Part shown: piece by piece, positions 58,895-64,000 of the stretch | Layout of the letters: each line of letters begins with the position of its first letter | How positions within the stretch are numbered: position 1 is the stretch's first letter | From: Anolis carolinensis | Lineage: Eukaryota | Assembly: GCF_035594765.1 (NCBI RefSeq) | Contig: NC_085847.1 | Span: 5,394,001-5,458,000 of the forward strand | DNA length: 64,000 bases | Direction of reading: 5' to 3' | Notes under the pieces: model-generated | Databases searched by the model: none | What the model saw: the letters and a program-made list of their open reading frames with translations, nothing else | Told to the model about the DNA's origin: nothing | Translations under genes and position numbers: made by a program

Positions 58895-60909
58895 CCCCTC
58901 CCCCCCAAAAAATACGTTTGTTTTTCTAATATTTCTACATAAATAAACAACTTGATTAATTAACATGTTGAGAGTTCGAATCCTGAGTCCCTGCCCCCCT
59001 CCTGTTTGACCCCGCCCCTCCCTGTCAATCAACATTTTGATTGACAGACGAGGGGAAAAATATGGAAATAATATTAGAATTTCAATAATAATTCTTTAGG
59101 CCCCGCCCACTTCGTCACTCCACCACTTGACTCCTCCCTTTGAAAGGGGCGGGGTCACATTTGATTGACAAGCAAAATTCTAGAAATAATAGTAAAATGT
59201 TGATTTTATGCATACCCGAATTTCAGTCGCAAGTTAACGATGGAACGTTATCTTTCTTGTTGATTAGTTGATATGAATTTTCTAATTAGTTAGCTAATTA
59301 TGAACTGAATAATCAGTTCAACCGATTAATAGAAATTAATATGATTAATTCAACTGATATTGATTAGCTAATTAATTAGCGATGGATTGCAAGCTAAGTA
59401 GCTAATTGATGTTGGTTATTGTAATTAATTAATATTAATTAGGTATTTAAGTGGCGGTTAATCACTCGTTAATTAGCCAATCAATACCAATTATTAATAA
59501 TTTGTTCCTGAATTCGCTAATTAATTAGCCAATTAATAATTTTGTTGATAGCTAATTAAGGTTAATTAATTATTGCTATTCTATTTTATGGTTTTTTTCT
59601 TAGCTACTGAAAAGGAATTAATTTTTTTAGATGTATAATAATACTAAATGGTTGATTTTTTTGTCTTCCTTTTTAATTAATGGGATTTAATTAATTATTA
59701 GGAGGAAACGATTAATGTCTTTTATATTATATTATTATATATTATATATGTATGTATATATTATATCTTATCCCAAAACGCACTCGGGTTGGAAAATATA
59801 TTCCTGGTTATTTGTTTTAATAAGGATTTTGTTTGTTTGGTTTTTCCTCTCTCTTTTTTTTTGTTTATTTCTTGACAAAACATATGTAAATATATATTAA
59901 AAAAATTGTGTTTTTTTCCCGGAGTTTTCAATTAAAGGCTTTATATAAAGTGTCGTCGTCACTATTTGTAATTTTTTTCCTATTGTGATTTTAATATATT
60001 TAAATTTGATATTTATTTGATATTATTATAAGTATTATTTCAAATAATAGATATTTTTATTTAATTCTTCATTTATTTAGTATTATTATAATTAATACAG
60101 ATATATTAGTATTTGATAATTTTAATTATTCATTTAGTATTATAATTAATATTTAAAAATATATAGTATTATTTGGCCATTATTTCAAATATATATATAT
60201 ATTTGAAAATTAATCTTTATTATTTAATATTATGTTCTATTTTAAAATCATATATATTTTTATTTAATTGTTCATTTATTTAGTATCATTATAATTAATG
60301 TTTAAAAACATTATTTGATCGTTATATTAATTAATAATTATTTTTAATTAATATTTATTATTTAGCTTAAGTACTATTTTAAAATAATATTTTAAATAAT
60401 AGGATTATGATTATTATTTTAAAGAATATATATTATTCTTTATCATTATTTATTTTATTAACATGATTACTACATTTTTATTTAATTCATTTAATATTAT
60501 TACTATAAATATTTATTCATTTAACATTATTACTATATTTTTAAATAATAGGATTATGATTATTATTTTAAAGAATATATATTATTCTTTGATCATTATT
60601 TATTTTATTAACATAATTACTACATTTGTATTTAATTCATTTAATATTATTACTATAAATATTTATTCATTTAACATTATTACTATATTTTTAGTTAACT
60701 AATTTTTTCATTTAATATTATTATAATTGCCATTTTAAATAATATATATTTTATTTGATTATTATTTGTTCGTGTAATATTGTTATAATTACTATATTTT
60801 TATTTATTCATTTAATGTTATAATTACTATATTTTTATTTAACCATTCATTCATTTAATATTATTACAATTACTATTTTAAAATATATATTTTTGTTTAA
60901 TTATTCATT

Positions 60910-61140
60910 CGTTGGGCCTGCTCTTGTTTGCCTCTCTTAAGATGGCGGCGGGCCCAATGCCCGCCCGCTCCCTGACATCCCGCGAGAGTTTCCTCATCAA
61001 GGCGTATACTTGTTTGCCTCTCCTAAGATGGCGGCGGCTCCTATTCTCGCCGTTCTCACTGGAGCCTCGCGAGATTATTGCGTGTCCCTTCGCTTCCCTT
61101 TCTGCGCATGCGCGCAGCCAGAACCATCCCGGTCGCCGCC
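60910..61140 (+). promoter_or_regulatory. DRG1 CpG promoter
   Basis: YY1 AAGATGGCGG twice (~60938, ~61025), NRF1 TGCGCATGCGCG (~61103), TCGCGAGA. Two CRE TGACGTCA sites lie just inside intron 1 (~61298, ~61345). Confidence 0.7.
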
Positions 61141-61182
61141 ATGAGCACCACGCTGGCCAAGATCGCCGAGATCGAGGCTGAG
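61141..61182 (+). CDS. DRG1: Developmentally regulated GTP-binding protein 1, exon 1 (gene continues beyond the window)
   Basis: gccgccATG MSTTLAKIAEIEAE followed by a gtaaat donor. Matches the DRG1 N-terminus, and DRG1 is the known neighbour of PATZ1. Confidence 0.92.
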
Positions 61183-62910
61183 GTAAATAAAATAGGCCCA
61201 TCGATCGATAGCGAGGCCCTGAAATCGATCGATAGATCGATAAATATATATAGAGAGAGAGATTTTCGCCGTCTCCACAAGCGCCTCGGGCCGGCCGTGA
61301 CGTCACGAAGGGGGAGGGGCCTGAGAGAGACGGAGCTGCCGCAGTGACGTCACGAGGAGGGCGGGGCTTCCCAGACATTCTCCTATATTACATTTTGTAT
61401 GATTTACTATATTATTATTATTAAGATATTTTATTTTATTATATCACCATACTGTATTAGAGTCGCTCATTTAAATATTATTTATTGAATTATACTGTAT
61501 TATCATTTTGTAAAATTATTTGTTATTCTGTATTATTGAAATATTATGTATTATATTATCATACCGTATATATTATATTATATTATTAATTTCTTATATA
61601 TATATATTTCCTATTATATATTATATTATTTTATTACATATATTATTTATATTATTATCATATTTTATATTATATATTATACTACATTTTCATATTTTTA
61701 TTTATTATATTATTATTTTGTATTATAGTTTATGTAATTTATTATGTCATGTTTTAAATTATTTTATTATTGTACTGTATTATATATTTTTATTATATAA
61801 TTGTTATGTATATAATATCATTTATTATATTGTTACATTATATTGCTATTGTTATTCATTGTGTTAATATTATATTTTAATATTATATATATATTATTAC
61901 ATCATATTATATTGTTATGTATATAATATTTATTATATTATATTGTTACATTATATTGCTGTTATTCATTGTGTTAATATTATATTTTAATATTATATAT
62001 ATTATTATATCATATTATATTGCTATGTTATTCATTGTGTTAATATTATATTTTAATATTATATATATTATTATTATAATTTTATGTATATAACATTATT
62101 TATTATATTGTTACTTTATACTGCTGTTATTCATTGTGTTACTATACTCAATTCTTCCCTTAATTAATTATATTACTAAACTCCAGTCTTATTCTATATT
62201 ATTATTTTTATATAATTTACTATGTTATTATTTTACATTATTATTCTATATTGTTATATCATATTATATTGTTATGTATATATTTATTTTATTATTATAT
62301 TGTTACATTATGTTATTCATTGTATTACTATATTATTATTATTCAATTCTTCCCTTAATTTATATTATTATGCTCCATTCTTATTCTATATTATTATTTT
62401 TATATAATTTACTGTTATTATTTTACATTATTATTCTATATCGCTATATCATTTCTTATTATTATTATTATTATTATTATATTATTATTATTTCCACTCG
62501 CTGATGCGCAGATGGCCTGTATTATTACATAATAACAATGATATAATAATATACTGTAATAAATATATGATATTACATTATGTAATATATTATTATACTG
62601 TATATATATAAAACAGTACAATGCAATATAGCAATAATATAATGATACATAATAATAATGAAATAATGTAAGATGGAATAACATGCTATAGTAATTATAT
62701 AATATGATAATAAAATAATGTATAAAATTCAGTAGCAATTAAATAATGTAATTAAATATAATAATATATAACAACGTATTATTATTATATATCATATCGT
62801 TATATATTATTACTGTATTAGATTATTATATTTTACTATAATAATACAATATGATGATATCATAATAATATATAACATATTCATAAATTATTATATTACA
62901 ATATTATATG

Positions 62911-63357
62911 ATGCTGTGGCAAAGTGGTGGTGGTATTGGTTAAAAATTGTTGTGTAATTTTTATTTGACGTTATTTGTATTTTTTATTAATTTTATTGTA
63001 AGTTATCTTTTTATTTATTATATTTTATTATTTTCTTGTATTATTTTTAGTTATTTTCTGTTATTATAGTATTTTATTGTATTAATCTTTTAGTGTTTTT
63101 AATTATTTTTTAGTGTTTTTTATTATTTTTATTGGGTTGCTAGGAGACCAAGTGGGCGGAGCTTAGCCTTCTAACTGGCAGCAATTGGATAAAAGCAATT
63201 ATTCCTCTCTCTCTAATTAGGACTTTATTTTTCTTTTCTTTTTGTTGTATCAACCTAGAGGCATGGATGATGGGTTGTGTTGTCAAATTTCGAGGTTGGG
63301 GGGCCTGTTGTTTTGTGGGTTGCCGTGATGCCATCACTCTTTTATATATATATAGAT
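62911..63357 (+). mobile_element. Helitron-like family copy (5'-truncated)
   Basis: Same family. Confidence 0.6.
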
Positions 63358-63546
63358 ATTATTACTATATTATTATTATTATTATTTTATTATATTATTA
63401 CTAGTAATTATTATTATTACTAGAGCTTTTAATCTATTTTAATATTTTTAATCAATATTTGTATGTATGTATTTTTATCCTTTATCCTTTTTATCTTGTA
63501 AATCGCCTAGAGCATCGTGGATGGAGGGCGATTAATAAGTAATTAA

Positions 63547-63582
<36 letters not shown>

Positions 63583-63652
63583 ATATTATTATTCCTACTC
63601 ACTGGTGCGCAGATCCCCTGTCTTCGTCTTCTATATTGTTATGTTATTTATT

Positions 63653-64000
63653 ACTAGCTTTGCCCGGCCACGTGTTGCTGTGGCTGATGGGAATCCTTTG
63701 TTGGCCAGGTGGAATAGCAGTGAATAGCCTTGCAGTCTCAAAGCCTGGAGTAGCTGGAGAGGCATGGATGCGGGGTTGTGCTGCCAAGTTTAGTGTTTCT
63801 GGGATGTGTGTAGTTTTGTTGTTTTCCCCTAGGCCGAAACGTCACTACCCTTTTATATATATAGATATTACTATGCTCTATCATGATGATGATGCCGAAA
63901 CGTCACTACCCTTTTATATATATAGATATTACTATGCTCTATCATGATGATGATGCCGAAACGTCACTACCCTTTTATATATATAGATATTACTATGCTC
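63653..64000 (+). mobile_element. Related Helitron-like subfamily copy followed by a ~62-bp tandem repeat of its 3' end plus flank
   Basis: Starts ACTAGCTTTGCCCGGCCACG; repeated unit GCCGAAACGTCACTACCCTTTTATATATATAGATATTACTATGCTC. Confidence 0.55.

Overview
Vertebrate genomic DNA, not prokaryotic. It is most likely a squamate: the repeat families look like those of Anolis, and the gene content matches the block homologous to chicken chr15, which is the anole X (both inferred). Very GC-rich exons sit in introns made of strongly AT-rich low-complexity sequence and minisatellites. Gene order: LIF/OSM-like cytokine (-, exons 1-2 only), HNF1A (+, 10 exons, ~567 aa), C12orf43/CUSTOS (-, 5 exons, ~198 aa), RNF185 (+, ~186 aa, one exon clipped by a gap), PIK3IP1 (-, 4 exons, ~197 aa), PATZ1 (+, 5 exons, ~670 aa, apparent 1-nt frameshift in a poly-C run), DRG1 (+, exon 1 only). 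Mobile DNA: ~8 non-autonomous Helitron-like copies, a Dong/R4 LINE 3' fragment inside (TAA)n, a Tigger-like MITE and Penelope LTR pieces, one with a hammerhead-type core. Main observations: (1) PIK3IP1 lacks both kringle exons, and a long inverted duplication brackets exon 1; (2) four decoy copies of the RNF185 terminal-exon acceptor are fused to a Helitron-like end; (3) the HNF1A and CUSTOS stop codons are 37 bp apart with two opposed AATAAA signals between them; (4) several minisatellites are dense arrays of one TF motif (YY1, HSE/GAS, FOXA, ETS); (5) LIMK2 is absent and PATZ1 is inverted relative to human. Comparisons to human genes are from memory and need alignment. Most long ORFs in the supplied track are repeat artefacts.
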